Shown here: one piece after another, positions 9,649-20,736 of the stretch | Numbering within the stretch: the stretch's first letter is position 1 | Layout: each line of letters starts with the position of its first letter | NCBI GenBank assembly: GCA_034670305.1 | Contig: JAXMNT010000008.1 | Span: 64,001-128,000, forward strand | Direction of reading: 5' to 3' | DNA length: 64,000 nt | Source of the DNA: Deltaproteobacteria bacterium | GTDB lineage: Bacteria; Myxococcota_A; Polyangia; Polyangiales; Houyiibacteriaceae | Notes under the pieces: model-generated | Seen by the model: only the letters and a program-made list of their open reading frames with translations | The model's database searches: none | What the model was told of the DNA's origin: nothing | Program-made: the position numbers and the translations under genes

Positions 9649-9783
9649 CCTGTCTCGTTACCCTGCCTGGCCGCCAAGGTCCACGGCTTTTCGGGCCGCC
9701 CCCGACTTGGGCTGGGGCGGACTCCTGGCCCGGCCGGCAAAACCCTCGAATCGGGAAGCCCGACGAGACTGCCCACCGCGCGC

Positions 9784-11214
9784 TCAGCCGGCGTCGACCA
9801 ACAGGTTCGCGGGGAACACGACGCTGAACACGGATCCGGCCCCGACCTCCGATGTGGCGCACAGCTCGACGCCCAGATGCTCGCAGAAGGCCTGGGAGAG
9901 CGAGAGGCCGAGGCCGGTGCCGCCGAACTGGCGGCTCGTCGACGGATCGGCTTGGGTGAACGCTTCGAAGATGGACGCGAGCCGATGTTCCGGGATGCCG
10001 ATGCCGGTGTCTTCGACATCGATTCGGGCGCCGGCATCGTCGTGGCGAACCACGACTTGAACCCTGCCCTCGGAGGTGAACTTGAGCGCGTTGCCGATCA
10101 GATTGAGCAACACCTGCCGCAACCGCGCCCCGTCCGTCCGCGCGGTGACCGGTTGTTCGGTGACGGCGCGAAACTCCAAGCCCCCCGAAGCACCGCGCAG
10201 GGATCCGACCACGTCCGCCACCAACGCTTCGAGGTCGACCGGCTCGAGCACGAGCTCCATGTGGCCCGCCTCGATCTTGGAAAGATCGAGGATGTCGTTG
10301 ATCACGTGGAGCAAGTGCAGGCCGTTGTCTCGAATCCGACCGAGGTAGTTCGCTTCCTTCGAGTCGGGCGGCACTGCGCGCATCAGGATCCGCGAGAACC
10401 CGATGACCGAGTTCAGCGGCGTGCGCAGCTCGTGGCTCATGGTGGCGAGGAACGTGCTCTTCGCTCGGCTCGCGCTCTCGGCTTCTTCCTTCGCGGCACG
10501 CAGCGCCGCCTCGGTCGCCCTCTCCTCGGTGACGTCCCGCGCCAACGCCATGAACACCTGGCGCTCATGATCGATCGTCGCGGTCCAGCGAAGCCAACGC
10601 CACGAACCGTCTTTGCTGCGCCATCGGTTCTCGAACCCGATCGTCACGTGGGCACCAGTGGTCAGTTTCGACGTCTCGAGATCGGTGGCTTCCAGATCAT
10701 CCGGATGCACGAACTCGATGAAGGGCCTCGCGCGCAGCTCCTCGCGAGACCATCCCAGCACCTCCGTCCAGGCGGGGTTCAGCTGCTTGAAGTACCCATC
10801 GAAGCTCGCGGTGCAGAGCAACTCCAGCGACAGATCGAAGAAGCGCTGCAAGTGCAGGGCCTCGTGCACCTTCGTCTCGTCGATCTCCTGGGACGCGTCG
10901 ATCTCCATCGACGGGGTGTCCGCCTTGGTCGACTCGATCACCCGTTCGAGTTCGTCGAGCAGGTCCTTGGCGGCTGATGGGAGTTGGTCGGAGGGGGCCA
11001 ACTCGAGGGCACCACCGAGTTCGGTCAGCTCCGGAAAGCCAAAGCTCGTCCCGGTGCCCTTCAGTTGGTGCCCGATCGATCGGAGCTCCGCTTCTCCACT
11101 CGAGTCCCCGCCAAGCAACGTGTCCACCGCGGCCTGGATCTCGACCACCCGTTCAGGAAGCCGTTCGACGTACATGCCCCGCAGCCGCGCTCGAACCTGT
11201 TCGAGTTTGCCCAC
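9784..11214 (-). CDS. Cytoplasmic sensor histidine kinase, HPt-PAS-HisKA-HATPase
   Basis: N-terminal GHQLKGTGTSFGF (HPt); PAS (NPAW..LGWS..FVHPDD); SHELRTPLN, NALKFT, DTGIGI, GGTGLGL. Confidence 0.92.
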   Translation of the reverse strand: MGKLEQVRARLRGMYVERLPERVVEIQAAVDTLLGGDSSGEAELRSIGHQLKGTGTSFGFPELTELGGALELAPSDQLPSAAKDLLDELERVIESTKADTPSMEIDASQEIDETKVHEALHLQRFFDLSLELLCTASFDGYFKQLNPAWTEVLGWSREELRARPFIEFVHPDDLEATDLETSKLTTGAHVTIGFENRWRSKDGSWRWLRWTATIDHERQVFMALARDVTEERATEAALRAAKEEAESASRAKSTFLATMSHELRTPLNSVIGFSRILMRAVPPDSKEANYLGRIRDNGLHLLHVINDILDLSKIEAGHMELVLEPVDLEALVADVVGSLRGASGGLEFRAVTEQPVTARTDGARLRQVLLNLIGNALKFTSEGRVQVVVRHDDAGARIDVEDTGIGIPEHRLASIFEAFTQADPSTSRQFGGTGLGLSLSQAFCEHLGVELCATSEVGAGSVFSVVFPANLLVDAG

Positions 11215-11217
11215 GTT

Positions 11218-11595
11218 TCAGTCGCGCGCCAGAAGCGTCTTGAGCGTCTCGAACAAGACGTCCTCGTCGACGATGGGCTTCGAGATGTATCCGTCGAACC
11301 CCTCTGCCAGATACCGCTCTCGATCGCCCATCATCGCATGGGCCGTCAGGGCGCACACCGGCAGGGTCTGGAGCGCTGGGTCCGCGCGAATGGCGCGCAA
11401 GACTGCGCTGCCGTCCATGCCGGGCAACGAGATGTCGAGCAGTACCAATCGGGCTCCGGAGTCGGCCAGCCCCGCGAGCGCGCTCGTACCGTCCTCGAAC
11501 TCGACGACGTCGTAGTCGTCCTCCAGCAGCGCCACCACGAGCAGCCGGTTGTCGGCATTGTCTTCGACGATCGCGATCGCAGTGCGTTCCGGCAT
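11218..11595 (-). CDS. Single-domain response regulator (DivK/CheY-like receiver)
   Basis: VEDN, LLDISLPGMDG, ALTAHAM, YISKP. Confidence 0.93.
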   Translation of the reverse strand: MPERTAIAIVEDNADNRLLVVALLEDDYDVVEFEDGTSALAGLADSGARLVLLDISLPGMDGSAVLRAIRADPALQTLPVCALTAHAMMGDRERYLAEGFDGYISKPIVDEDVLFETLKTLLARD

Positions 11596-11662
11596 GCGGG
11601 CACCCTACCATCCGGGCGGAGCGCGCGGGCATCCCCAGAAGCCGGGCCACGCCGTTCGAACG

Positions 11663-12985
11663 TCAGCCGGGCGGGTCTGGCTCGAACCATCTGCGCCATC
11701 CACGCAGGTAGATCCCCAGCGACGCAGTGCGCGCCACGTAGTGCACGTGGAGCGCCAGCCACAGCCCATGGTTCGCCAGCGGCTGCAGAAGCCACCACGC
11801 CGCGAGGAAGATCGCGAGCGAGCCCAACATCGCGGTCCGCATCTCGCGGGTCCGGGTGGCGCCGATGAAGATCCCATCCAGCTGAAAACACCAAACGCCC
11901 ATGAGCGGGGCCATGGCCGCCCACGGCAAGAACCGCCGCGCAACCACCCGCGTCGGCTCACTCAGCGTGAGCACATCCACGAGGTGTCCACCGAACAGGA
12001 AGAGCGCCAAGCTGAGCAGCGCAGCGACCCCGACCGCGACAAGGGTGGTGCGCCAGCAGGCCAACCGAAACGCATCCGGTCGCTTGGCCCCGAGCGCCCG
12101 CCCGACCAAGGACTCCGCGGCGAACGCCAACCCATCGAGGAAGTACGCGCTCGTGTTGATGAACTGCATCAGGACCGCGTTGGCCGCGAGCACGAGGTCG
12201 CCCCGTTCGGCGCCTTTTGCCATGAAGAAGACGAACACCCCCACGAGCGAGAGCGAACGAATGGTGATGTCGCGGTTCACCGCGAAGGTTCGCCGAAGCA
12301 TCGCTGCGTCCAGCAGGTGGGCGCGCACCCATCCACCGCCATCCGCACGAAGCAGGCGCCACGCGACGACGAGCCCGACGCCCGCCGCGATGTACTCCGC
12401 CATGCTCGTGCCGATGCCGACGCCGCGGACACCCCAGTCGAACTCCAAGACGAAGAGCGCATCGAGCGCCATGTTGCTGAGGTTGAGAACCAGCTGGAGC
12501 ACGAGCCCCAGGTCCGTGCGCCCGCGACCGATGAACCACCCGAGCAACGCGTAGTTGACGAGCGTGGCGGGCGCGGACCAGATGCGGGCGTCGAAGTAGG
12601 CGCCGGCGAGTCGCTCCACGTCTTCGGTTGCGTGGAGCAAGTGGAGCGCCAGTGCCCGGATTGGCCACTGAAGCGCAAAGAGGAGCAGGCCGCCGGCGAC
12701 CGCGACCAAGAGCGCCCGCCCGAGCGTCGCGCGGACCTCAGGGGCGTTCTCCGCCCCGACCGCTTGGGCGGTCATGCCGGTGGTCCCCATGCGCAAGAAC
12801 GAGAAGCCCCAGAATACGAAGCTGAAGATCAGCGCCCCGACCGCGACCGCGCCGATGTGCATCGGATCGGGGAGCCGACCGACGACCGCGGTGTCCACGA
12901 GGCCGAGCAAGGGCGTCGAGAGGTTCGACACCATGATCGGCAACGCCAAGCGCAGCACGTCACCGATCGTGGGCGACTTGGACAT
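11663..12985 (-). CDS. dinF: MATE family efflux transporter, DinF-like
   Basis: SNLSTPLLGLVDTAVVG, FLRMGTTGMTAQ, FLDGLAFAAE, FQLDGIFIG; many TM helices. Confidence 0.9.
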   Translation of the reverse strand: MSKSPTIGDVLRLALPIMVSNLSTPLLGLVDTAVVGRLPDPMHIGAVAVGALIFSFVFWGFSFLRMGTTGMTAQAVGAENAPEVRATLGRALLVAVAGGLLLFALQWPIRALALHLLHATEDVERLAGAYFDARIWSAPATLVNYALLGWFIGRGRTDLGLVLQLVLNLSNMALDALFVLEFDWGVRGVGIGTSMAEYIAAGVGLVVAWRLLRADGGGWVRAHLLDAAMLRRTFAVNRDITIRSLSLVGVFVFFMAKGAERGDLVLAANAVLMQFINTSAYFLDGLAFAAESLVGRALGAKRPDAFRLACWRTTLVAVGVAALLSLALFLFGGHLVDVLTLSEPTRVVARRFLPWAAMAPLMGVWCFQLDGIFIGATRTREMRTAMLGSLAIFLAAWWLLQPLANHGLWLALHVHYVARTASLGIYLRGWRRWFEPDPPG

Positions 12986-13130
12986 GTCCACGTCGTGCCC
13001 GTTCGAGTGCACCCAGGCAAACCGCGGAGACATAGGCCCGCGCTCCGGATCGCGCTGGGCGCCGTCCTATGGAAGCGGGCCTCGCAGGCGACGGTTGACG
13101 TGCGGTTGGGATCGGGGCGACAACCGAAGC

Positions 13131-13532
13131 ATGTCCATTCTCGATCACCTCACGTTGAACGTCAGCGACTACGGCCGATCCAAGGGCTTTTACGAGGCTG
13201 CCTTGGCAACGTTGGGCGTCAAGGTGCTCACCGAGTACCAGGGCTTCTGCGGCTTCGGCATCACCAAGCCCGACTTCTGGTTGGCGGGTGGACCGTCGAG
13301 CTACCAGACCGCCGAGCAGCTGAGTCCGATCACGCCCGTACACCTGGCGTTCGCGGCGGAGTCCCGCGAGGCGGTCGACGCATTCTACGCAGCGGCGATC
13401 GAAGCGGGCGGCGTGGACCGCGGCGAACCAGGCGCGCGCGGCGAGTACCACGAGCACTACTATGGGGCGTACGTGCTCGACTTCGACGGACACAACATCG
13501 AAGCGGTCTGCCACCTCGCCCCTGCGGAATAA
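13131..13532 (+). CDS. VOC/glyoxalase family protein
   Basis: DHLTLNVSD..SKGFY, HLAFAA, YYGAYVLDFDGHNIEAVCH. Confidence 0.92.
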   Translation: MSILDHLTLNVSDYGRSKGFYEAALATLGVKVLTEYQGFCGFGITKPDFWLAGGPSSYQTAEQLSPITPVHLAFAAESREAVDAFYAAAIEAGGVDRGEPGARGEYHEHYYGAYVLDFDGHNIEAVCHLAPAE

Positions 13533-13612
13533 CTGCGCGTCGAGGCGCGCGCCCAGCACGCAGCGTCCGGCCCACTTCGAAACGTTCTGCCCCCTGACGC
13601 GACCAACCAACC

Positions 13613-14506
13613 GTGACGCTGCCGCGCCGAGATTTCCTCCGCACCCTCGGCCTCGCGGCCGCAGCGTTCGGATGTGGGCGGCGTCGCGGTGAACCCGAGC
13701 CCAACCCCCAAGGAACCCGCGCGATGACCCGAGCCCCCGTCCTGTTCGTGGGACACGGCAGTCCCATGAACGCCATCACCGACAACCGCTGGAGCCGGGG
13801 GTTCGCATCGTTGACCGAAGCGCTGCCCACCCCGACCGCGGTGCTCGCCATCTCCGCCCACTGGTACATCGACGGCACCTGGGTGCTGGCCAGCGCGCAG
13901 CCCCGGACCATCCACGACTTCGGCGGCTTCCCGCAGGCGCTCTTCGAAGTGCAGTACCCAGCCCCCGGCACGCCGGACGTCGCCGCCCGGGTGCGCACCT
14001 TGCTCGCAGATCACGCACCCACCCTCGACGAGACGTGGGGGCTCGACCACGGCACGTGGAGCGTGCTTCGGTGGATGTACCCGGAGGCCAACGTTCCCGT
14101 GCTGCAGCTCTCGATCGATCGACGGCTGAGCCACCCGCAACATCTCGAGATCGGTCGGGCGCTCGCACCGCTGCGCGACGAAGGCGTCTTGATCGTCGGG
14201 AGCGGCAACATCACCCACAACCTGCGCCACGCCATGGGTCAGATGCGCGCGCCGCAACCGGAACAGCCCGCGTGGGCCCGTACGTTCGATGTGGACGTCG
14301 CGCGCGCGGTGCAGCAACACGACGGCCGGGCGCTCGCCGCGGTGTGGCCCGACGGCGACCACGCGCGGCTCGCCCATCCGACGCCCGATCACTACATCCC
14401 GCTGCTCTACGCGCAGGGTGCGAGTTCGACCGACGACGTCGTGACGTTTCCGATCGAGGGGTTCGATCTCGGGTCGCTCTCGATGCGCGCGATCCGCTGG
14501 GGCTGA
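13613..14506 (+). CDS. ygiD: 4,5-DOPA extradiol dioxygenase (YgiD/LigB family) with possible Tat leader
   Basis: [49 protein letters not shown]; alternative start ATG 13724. Confidence 0.9.
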   Translation: MTLPRRDFLRTLGLAAAAFGCGRRRGEPEPNPQGTRAMTRAPVLFVGHGSPMNAITDNRWSRGFASLTEALPTPTAVLAISAHWYIDGTWVLASAQPRTIHDFGGFPQALFEVQYPAPGTPDVAARVRTLLADHAPTLDETWGLDHGTWSVLRWMYPEANVPVLQLSIDRRLSHPQHLEIGRALAPLRDEGVLIVGSGNITHNLRHAMGQMRAPQPEQPAWARTFDVDVARAVQQHDGRALAAVWPDGDHARLAHPTPDHYIPLLYAQGASSTDDVVTFPIEGFDLGSLSMRAIRWG

Positions 14507-14507
14507 C

Positions 14508-14770
14508 GGAAGCGGAAAGCGGAAGCGGAAGCGGAAGCGGTTGCGGAAGCGGAAGCGGAAGCGGTTGCGGAAGCGGAAGCGGAAGCCGAATCCGATGCCC
14601 AAGCCGAAGCCGAAGCCGAAGCCGAAGCCGAAGCCGAAGCCGATGCCGAAGCCGAAGCCGAAGCCGAATCCGAAGCTGAATCCGAATCCGAAGCCGAATC
14701 CGAAGCCGAAGCCGAAGCCGATCCCGAAGCCGATGCCGAATCCGATCCCGAGGCCGACTCCGAAGCCGAT
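14508..14770. repeat. Intergenic hexamer tract (GGAAGC)n then (GCCGAA/TCCGAA)n
   Basis: Visible periodicity between convergent genes. Confidence 0.95.
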
Positions 14771-14795
14771 CGCCCCGGTTCCCGAACTCTCCGGG

Positions 14796-15773
14796 CTACT
14801 CGGTGTCCACCGGGCACTCGCCTTCGCCGTTGAGGTGGCCTTGGGTGCGGAGCTGGGTGCGGACGTAGGACCACAGATCGTCCATGGGTTCGGGGGTGGT
14901 TTCGCCGGGCAGGTTCGGGAGCGGGGGGGCGCCGCCGAGTTCGTAGCGACCGTCGAACTCCACGACGTCTTCGAGTGCGATGCGTTCGAGTTCGGCGCGC
15001 GTGACTTCGCCGTTCAGATCGAGATCCGCGTCCGCGAGCCACTGGGCCAGGCGCACGACGCCGCCCTCTTCGCCTTCGGGAAATCCGTTGAAGAAGAGGT
15101 GGTCGCCATGAATGGTCAACGACGCGAGCGCGCCCCCCTGAGTGAGCGCGACGCCCGAAGGGCCGTTCTCGGACTGGCACGGCCCATAAGCAGCGGGTGC
15201 GGAGGCGCACCACCGGAAGCTGACGGCAGGCGCCGGGAAACATCCGTCGGCGTCGGGCGTTCGGCCAGCCGGAACGTCGGCGAGCGTGGAGGGACAGCTG
15301 CGGCCATCGGCGCGGGTGATGGCACCAGAGACGAGGTAGGTGCAGTCACCGGCCACCATCTCCTCGAAGTCGACCGCGTCGAGATCGACGTTGGTCGCTT
15401 CGCGCGCGCTGCCTTGGCGGTACCGGATCTCGTACCGGCCCGCGGGGGTGTCGCCGATGCGACCGAGGGACGCGCCACTCGGCGCGATGCCCGCCAAGTC
15501 GATGGCGACCTGCCCTGGCAGCCCCGCTTGGACCGTGTCGTCGGTCGCGAGCTGCAACTCGACGTCGCCGAGCACCGCCGCGTACCGATCGAAGGTGGCC
15601 GTCCAACCGTCCTGCATGTCGTCCGGCCCAGCGCCGGCTTCGATGCCGGAGACGATCGTGTCTTCGGCTTCGATGAACACGTCGATCGAACCACTTGGGC
15701 TGGTGCACGCGAACACGCACGCGAGTGCGATGACGACGAAGGAGCGGGCAGGGTTCAAGGACAACATCTTCAT
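14796..15773 (-). CDS. Hypothetical lipoprotein (Cys-containing, IHGDHLF motif, DxDxNG loop)
   Basis: Lipobox-like ACVFAC; third gene of the receptor operon. Confidence 0.75.
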   Translation of the reverse strand: MKMLSLNPARSFVVIALACVFACTSPSGSIDVFIEAEDTIVSGIEAGAGPDDMQDGWTATFDRYAAVLGDVELQLATDDTVQAGLPGQVAIDLAGIAPSGASLGRIGDTPAGRYEIRYRQGSAREATNVDLDAVDFEEMVAGDCTYLVSGAITRADGRSCPSTLADVPAGRTPDADGCFPAPAVSFRWCASAPAAYGPCQSENGPSGVALTQGGALASLTIHGDHLFFNGFPEGEEGGVVRLAQWLADADLDLNGEVTRAELERIALEDVVEFDGRYELGGAPPLPNLPGETTPEPMDDLWSYVRTQLRTQGHLNGEGECPVDTE

Positions 15774-15785
15774 GGCTTTCTGTTT

Positions 15786-16568
15786 CTAATCGTTCCAGGA
15801 GAGACGGGGCTGGGCCCGTGTGGTGAGCGCGGTCACGACCGCGCGGGTGGCTTGGCTGTCCTCGGCGAAGACCGCGGTCTCGCCAGGGGTGGTGGCGTCG
15901 AAGAGCGCGTCGAACTGCACGGTCGAGACCCACGCCCGCGGATCGATCGACACGCGCAAGGTGTCGCCGGCTTCGATGTCGTGATCGAAGAGTCGGGACG
16001 CGCGCACCACCACCACCCCCGGGCCGGCGGGTTCGAGGATCAAGCTCGCTCGAAAAGGGAGCACCCGCTCGCCTGCGTCCGATGGCCGGCGCGCGACGCC
16101 CTCGAGCACGACCGAACCGTCCGCCGCCGCCTCGTCCACCACGGGCTCGGTCGAGGTCAGCGGCCACCGCACACCGTAGTTCCACATCGCAGACCGCACC
16201 GTGGTCGCGAGCGCGGAGATCTCGGCGACCTCTCGCGGCGCCGGGTCGAGTCCGTCGATCCGAACCGGTTCGAGCACCTCGGCGCGCGCTTCTTCGCACA
16301 GGTCGCCGGCCTGTACGCCGGGGCAGAGCGTGAGCCCCCCGAACGCGAGCTCGGCGCGGTCGAGTTCGATCGTCCAGCCGTCCCGCCCGGCGAATGATTC
16401 GCTGGCGTCGACGCCCTGCACGACCAGGCGCGCAGGCACGCGCCCCGCACCGGTGTCCACGCACCCCAACATCCACAGACACGCGGCGCACCAAAGAGCC
16501 GTGCCCAGGGCGCGGGCGCAGAGGCGCCACGAAGCGAGCCAGTGTGCTGACGGGAAACAACCGGTCAC
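15786..16568 (-). CDS. Hypothetical lipoprotein
   Basis: GTG overlaps receptor stop (GTGA); WMLGC lipobox-like; [15 protein letters not shown] resembles [15 protein letters not shown] of the next gene; start uncertain. Confidence 0.7.
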   Translation of the reverse strand: MTGCFPSAHWLASWRLCARALGTALWCAACLWMLGCVDTGAGRVPARLVVQGVDASESFAGRDGWTIELDRAELAFGGLTLCPGVQAGDLCEEARAEVLEPVRIDGLDPAPREVAEISALATTVRSAMWNYGVRWPLTSTEPVVDEAAADGSVVLEGVARRPSDAGERVLPFRASLILEPAGPGVVVVRASRLFDHDIEAGDTLRVSIDPRAWVSTVQFDALFDATTPGETAVFAEDSQATRAVVTALTTRAQPRLSWND

Positions 16569-19078
16569 AGCTGCAACTCCAGCGAGAAGAGGAACGTGCG
16601 CGGTGCGCCGGCGCTCGAGTGCCGGGCTGGCAACCGCGAGCGCGGTGCGTCGGGATCCCAGTGCGACGCGAAGTTGAACTCCGTCGCTGCGTACTCGGCG
16701 CCGAAGACGTTCTGGACTTGCGCGCCGAGCTCGACCGAACGCCAGGCGATCGAGGCCGAGAGATCGAGGAGTGCGACCGGCGCCGAGAACTCCCCGTGGG
16801 GCAACGGCCGCGCCGAGAGCTGCGTGAACCCGATGCCGGCCCGGCCGCGCACCAGGTGGCGCTGCACTTTGCCGAGGTCGCCTTGGGCGGCGAGATCGAG
16901 GCGAAACAGCCACGGCGGCACGTAGGGCAGGTTCTGTCCGGCCTCGAACGCGGGCTCTGGGTCCATCGCGTCGCCGGGCGGCGGCTCCAAGAGCTCCGCA
17001 TCGACGAAGGTCAGACTCGCGGCCGCGGTCAACCAGCTCGGCGTGCGCAGTTTGGCGAACAAGGTCGCGCCGAGCCGCCGGGTCGCGCCGACCCGTTCCA
17101 GCCGGCCTTCGCGCGGTTCGAAGGCGACGTCGTCCGCGAGGTGCGTGAAGAAGCCGACCGCGCGCAGTTCGAGCCACTCGTCGGCCACCAACCCCAAGCC
17201 GAGATCGGCCGAACGGACTTTGGTGAACGGGGCGCGCTCCCCGTCGTCGAGGGTGCGTGCTTGCGGGGATCGAAACCCTTCGCCGTAGGACGCAAAGAAC
17301 GAGAGCGCATCGGTGGGTCGCACCACGAGGCTCGTGCGCGGGCCGGCGGCCACGCCGAATGCGGTGCGGCGGTGTCCGACGAGGGTGGTCGGTTCTCGAA
17401 ACGCAGGCACCCGGTTGCCGAGTCGATCGTCGACCTCGTAGAAGAGCACGTCCGCGCGCGCGCCGACCCGAAGCGTGAGCCACCGATCCACATCGAGGTC
17501 GAGGTCGCCATACAGACCGATGTCGGTTGCACGGATGTCCGCGTCCACCCGCTCGTCCCAGACTTCGTTCTGCGGCGCCTGGAGCAGCGATTGATCCTGC
17601 TCAATCGAATCCACCCGCGTCTGCAGGCCGACCTCGACCCGCGCATCCAGCCAGCGGGTGGGTTCGTACGCGCGGGTCCGGTGACTGGCGGATGCACCGA
17701 GGGAGACGGTGCGGTTGCGCTGTTCGATGAGGTCCCCGCGGCCAACCCACGCGGGCTCCACCGTCGAACGTTCGACGAACCCAGTGAAGTTCTGCTGAAC
17801 TCGAAACTGGTCGTACTGGCCGAAGACCGAGAACGAGGTGTTGCTCCCGTCTGCCGCTCGGTGCGTCGCACTGGCAAGCAATGCGAACCGCCCGGCCGCC
17901 GCGTTCTGGTTCTGCGCGGTCGCGAGATCGTAGCTCTCGTAGAAGCCCACCCGGCCGGCCTGTACGTCGTCGCGCCGCACCACACCGGCGAGTCCTGCAC
18001 GCACCCCGTGGGCGAGACCGGTCAAGCGCACATGCCACGCCCCGGTTCGGAACCCGTGCTGCACGATCGCGGAGGCGCCGAGGCTGCCGCGGTTGTCGCC
18101 GAACCCATTGCTGCGTCGCACCTGCACCGCGCCGAAGGTCTCGTTCGAGAGGCCGCGCGGCGCGAAAATCGCGAGCTGACGGAACGCGCCGAAGGAACCG
18201 TACGACGTGCGGGAGAGGAGCCCGCGCCGTTCGATCCCGAGCGAGAGTTCGATCGACCCAGCCACCGCGAAGTCGCCCTGCTCTGGATCGGTGACGCCTT
18301 CGGTCACCCGCATCGAACGCACGACCTCCGGAATCAGCCAACCGAGATCCGCATACCCCTGACCGTGAATGTGCGAGGGCATGTTCAGCGGCATCGAGTC
18401 CAGCCGCAGCGCGAGATCCTGACCATGCTCCGCGTCGAACCCGCGCAGCGAGATCCGGTGGCCGACCGCGTCGCCTTCGGTGCGCGTCAGAAAGAGCCCC
18501 GGCGCCGCCCGCAGGATGTCGGCTCCTTCGGAGACCGGTGTCGCGATGAGGTCCGCCCCCTCGAACTCGAACGAACCGCCGCCACGCTCCCCGTCTCGCG
18601 CCGGCACGACCTCGACCACCGCCGCCGCTCCGAAGCCCTCGAGCTCCTCCAACCCCTCGAGGTCCCACTCGGCCTGCCCAACGTCACCATCGGAAGCGGA
18701 CTCGGAAGCGGAAGCGGACTCGGAAGCGGAACCGGACTCGGAAGCGGAAGCAGACTCGGACTCGGAAGCGGACTCGGAAGCGGACTCGGAAGCGGACTCG
18801 GACTCGGAAGCGGAAGCGGAAGCGGCATCGGCGTCGGCTTCGGCGTCGGCATCGGCTTCGGCTTCGGCATCGGCTTCGGCTTCGGCGTCGGCTTCGGCTT
18901 CGGCTTCGGCTTCGGCTTCGGCTTCGGCATCGGCCTCAGAACCGACGCCCGCATCTCCGACGCCCGCATCTCCGACGCCCGCATCTCCGACGCCGGCATC
19001 CTGCGCGCCTGCGATCGGACCCCAAGCCAGCGCTCCAACGAGCACCACGCCCCATGCAACTGTCCGCCACCGACACAC
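16565..19078 (-). CDS. TonB-dependent receptor
   Basis: Signal peptide; plug [49 protein letters not shown] terminus. Confidence 0.92.
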   Translation of the reverse strand: MCRWRTVAWGVVLVGALAWGPIAGAQDAGVGDAGVGDAGVGDAGVGSEADAEAEAEAEAEAEADAEAEADAEAEADADAEADADAASASASESESASESASESASESESASASESGSASESASASESASDGDVGQAEWDLEGLEELEGFGAAAVVEVVPARDGERGGGSFEFEGADLIATPVSEGADILRAAPGLFLTRTEGDAVGHRISLRGFDAEHGQDLALRLDSMPLNMPSHIHGQGYADLGWLIPEVVRSMRVTEGVTDPEQGDFAVAGSIELSLGIERRGLLSRTSYGSFGAFRQLAIFAPRGLSNETFGAVQVRRSNGFGDNRGSLGASAIVQHGFRTGAWHVRLTGLAHGVRAGLAGVVRRDDVQAGRVGFYESYDLATAQNQNAAAGRFALLASATHRAADGSNTSFSVFGQYDQFRVQQNFTGFVERSTVEPAWVGRGDLIEQRNRTVSLGASASHRTRAYEPTRWLDARVEVGLQTRVDSIEQDQSLLQAPQNEVWDERVDADIRATDIGLYGDLDLDVDRWLTLRVGARADVLFYEVDDRLGNRVPAFREPTTLVGHRRTAFGVAAGPRTSLVVRPTDALSFFASYGEGFRSPQARTLDDGERAPFTKVRSADLGLGLVADEWLELRAVGFFTHLADDVAFEPREGRLERVGATRRLGATLFAKLRTPSWLTAAASLTFVDAELLEPPPGDAMDPEPAFEAGQNLPYVPPWLFRLDLAAQGDLGKVQRHLVRGRAGIGFTQLSARPLPHGEFSAPVALLDLSASIAWRSVELGAQVQNVFGAEYAATEFNFASHWDPDAPRSRLPARHSSAGAPRTFLFSLELQL
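18690..18936. repeat. Hexamer tract encoding EA/SA/SE linker in the receptor N-terminus
   Basis: Visible (TCGGAA/GCGGAC/TCGGCT) periodicity. Confidence 0.95.
18942..19001. repeat. 15-nt tandem repeat x4 encoding (DAGVG)n
   Basis: CCGACGCCCGCATCT x3 plus one degenerate copy. Confidence 0.95.
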
Positions 19079-19106
19079 CAGGACCCGGAACTAGCAAACC
19101 CATCGC

Positions 19107-19129
19107 TTGTTGCAACTCAATTGCAACAA
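19107..19129. promoter_or_regulatory. Palindromic operator, Zur-like (TTGTTGCAA-CTCAA-TTGCAACAA)
   Basis: Perfect 9-bp inverted repeat with 5-nt spacer, 28 nt upstream of the receptor start. Confidence 0.7.
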
Positions 19130-19208
19130 CGCTTCCACGCTTCAACGATCGAACGGACGTGGAAGCGTTCCGCAAGCGCCGTCCGCGCGTCCTGATAGGG
19201 TCCTTGCC

Positions 19209-20204
19209 GTGCGCGCGCGGCTCCTATTCCTCGTCCTGGTGCTGGGCCTCTCCGGCGCGGCCGCATTCTACTTCTTGCGACCGCTGACGCTTCGCGAAGA
19301 CCCCCTTCAGAACGCGCCGAGTGGAACGAGCGCCCTGCTCTCGGTCGACGTGGCGGCGGTATGGAACAGCGCGCTGTGGCGCACGTTCGTCACCGAGCGC
19401 GGAGGCGACGCACGGTTTCGGGCGCTGCAGGAGCGCTGCGGCATCGACCCCACCGAACAGGTCGAGCGGCTCGTCGCGTTCGTGGGAGGAGACACCCCAC
19501 GCAACCTCGACGCGGTCACCGTGATCGCCCAGGGCCCGTTCGACCACGACCGTCTCGGCGAGTGCATGCGCGACGTGGTCGAAGAAGGCGGCGGCACCTT
19601 GCGCGAAGTCGAACTCGACGGGGTCCCCGCCGTGGCCGGTGGACGGGGCGACTCGCGGATCGCGTTTCTCGGAACGACCGGCGCCGTCTTCGGACAGGAG
19701 CCCGCGGTCCGTCGCGTCATCGCCACCCTTCAGGGCGAGCGCAGCGACCTGCGCACCGAACAACCGGCACTCGCCGCACTCTGGGATCACGTCGCGGAGG
19801 GAAGCGAGGTGGGCTTCGCCGCCAACCTTCCGGAGACGTGGCGCGCCGCGATCCGGCGTCGCATGTCGCGCGAGACGAGAGGCATCGCGGCCGGGCTCTT
19901 GACGGAGCTCTCCGCACTCGGCGCGGGGGCCCGTGTGAGCCGCGGGCTCGCTCTTGGGCTGGTGTTCGAGTTCGAGACCGAGGAGCGCGCCGTCGATGCC
20001 GGCGTGCGGGTGGAAGCCGAGCGGGCCCAGCTGCTCGACCAACCACTGCTCGGTTTGAGTGCTGCCGGCGCCGCGCTGCGGCTCGTCCGCGTCGAAGCAG
20101 CCGACCGCCGTTTGACGGTCGCAGTCGACCTCGATCAACGGCGGGTCGATGGGCTGCTCGAGCTGTGGACCGAGATGCAGCAAGCTCGACGAAGCGAAGA
20201 GTGA
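19209..20204 (+). CDS. Hypothetical protein with N-terminal membrane anchor
   Basis: RLLFLVLVLGLSGAAAFYFL anchor; TAGGGT box 7 nt before GTG 19209. Confidence 0.75.
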   Translation: MRARLLFLVLVLGLSGAAAFYFLRPLTLREDPLQNAPSGTSALLSVDVAAVWNSALWRTFVTERGGDARFRALQERCGIDPTEQVERLVAFVGGDTPRNLDAVTVIAQGPFDHDRLGECMRDVVEEGGGTLREVELDGVPAVAGGRGDSRIAFLGTTGAVFGQEPAVRRVIATLQGERSDLRTEQPALAALWDHVAEGSEVGFAANLPETWRAAIRRRMSRETRGIAAGLLTELSALGAGARVSRGLALGLVFEFETEERAVDAGVRVEAERAQLLDQPLLGLSAAGAALRLVRVEAADRRLTVAVDLDQRRVDGLLELWTEMQQARRSEE

Positions 20205-20402
20205 GAGGCGCGCGGCGCGGGATACGAAGCACGAATCCTCTGTGTTTCAGGGGTGAACGTCATCCGCCCAATTGACTTGATGGGGTTTCGGTGCCGTGGG
20301 AAAATTGGCGCCTCGGCTGGCGTCCGCGTCGGGTGTCCGCTGGGGGGCGGAACCACCGGAGTTCGGTGGGGTGCCCTGCAACGTTTGATCGAGAGAGTAG
20401 CG

Positions 20403-20657
20403 ATGAGTAAGAAACTGTTCGTGGGCGGACTGGCGTGGGCGACAACAGACGAGAGTCTGCGCGAGGCGTTTGAGTCGTTCGGAGAAGTGACCGAAGCCAA
20501 GGTGATCACCGACCGGGAAACCGGTCGTTCGCGAGGGTTCGGGTTCGTGACCTTCACCGACGATGGGGCCGCCCGAGAGGCGATGGATGGGATGGATGGA
20601 GCCAGCCTGGATGGCCGCTCCATCCGAGTGAACGAGGCCCAGGAACGCCGCCGCTGA
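20403..20657 (+). CDS. RRM (RNP-1) RNA-binding protein
   Basis: RNP2 KLFVGGL, RNP1 RGFGFVTF. Confidence 0.95.
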   Translation: MSKKLFVGGLAWATTDESLREAFESFGEVTEAKVITDRETGRSRGFGFVTFTDDGAAREAMDGMDGASLDGRSIRVNEAQERRR

Positions 20658-20702
20658 ACCAACGGGCGCCAACGAACCGGATGCTGAAGAGGCATCGCAC
20701 CG

Positions 20703-20736
20703 AGAGAGCCGACCCACCCGGTCGGCTCTCTTGGTT
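20703..20736 (+). terminator. Probable intrinsic terminator after the RRM gene
   Basis: 12-bp stem AGAGAGCCGACC/GGTCGGCTCTCT, 5-nt loop, weak T tail. Confidence 0.65.

Noticed and set aside
14508-14770. Repeat tracts as CRISPR arrays
   Set aside because: 6-nt periodicity, no unique spacers, no cas genes
20205-20402. Possible structured leader or ncRNA upstream of the RRM gene
   Set aside because: Long and somewhat AT-richer, but no recognisable family or convincing fold by eye
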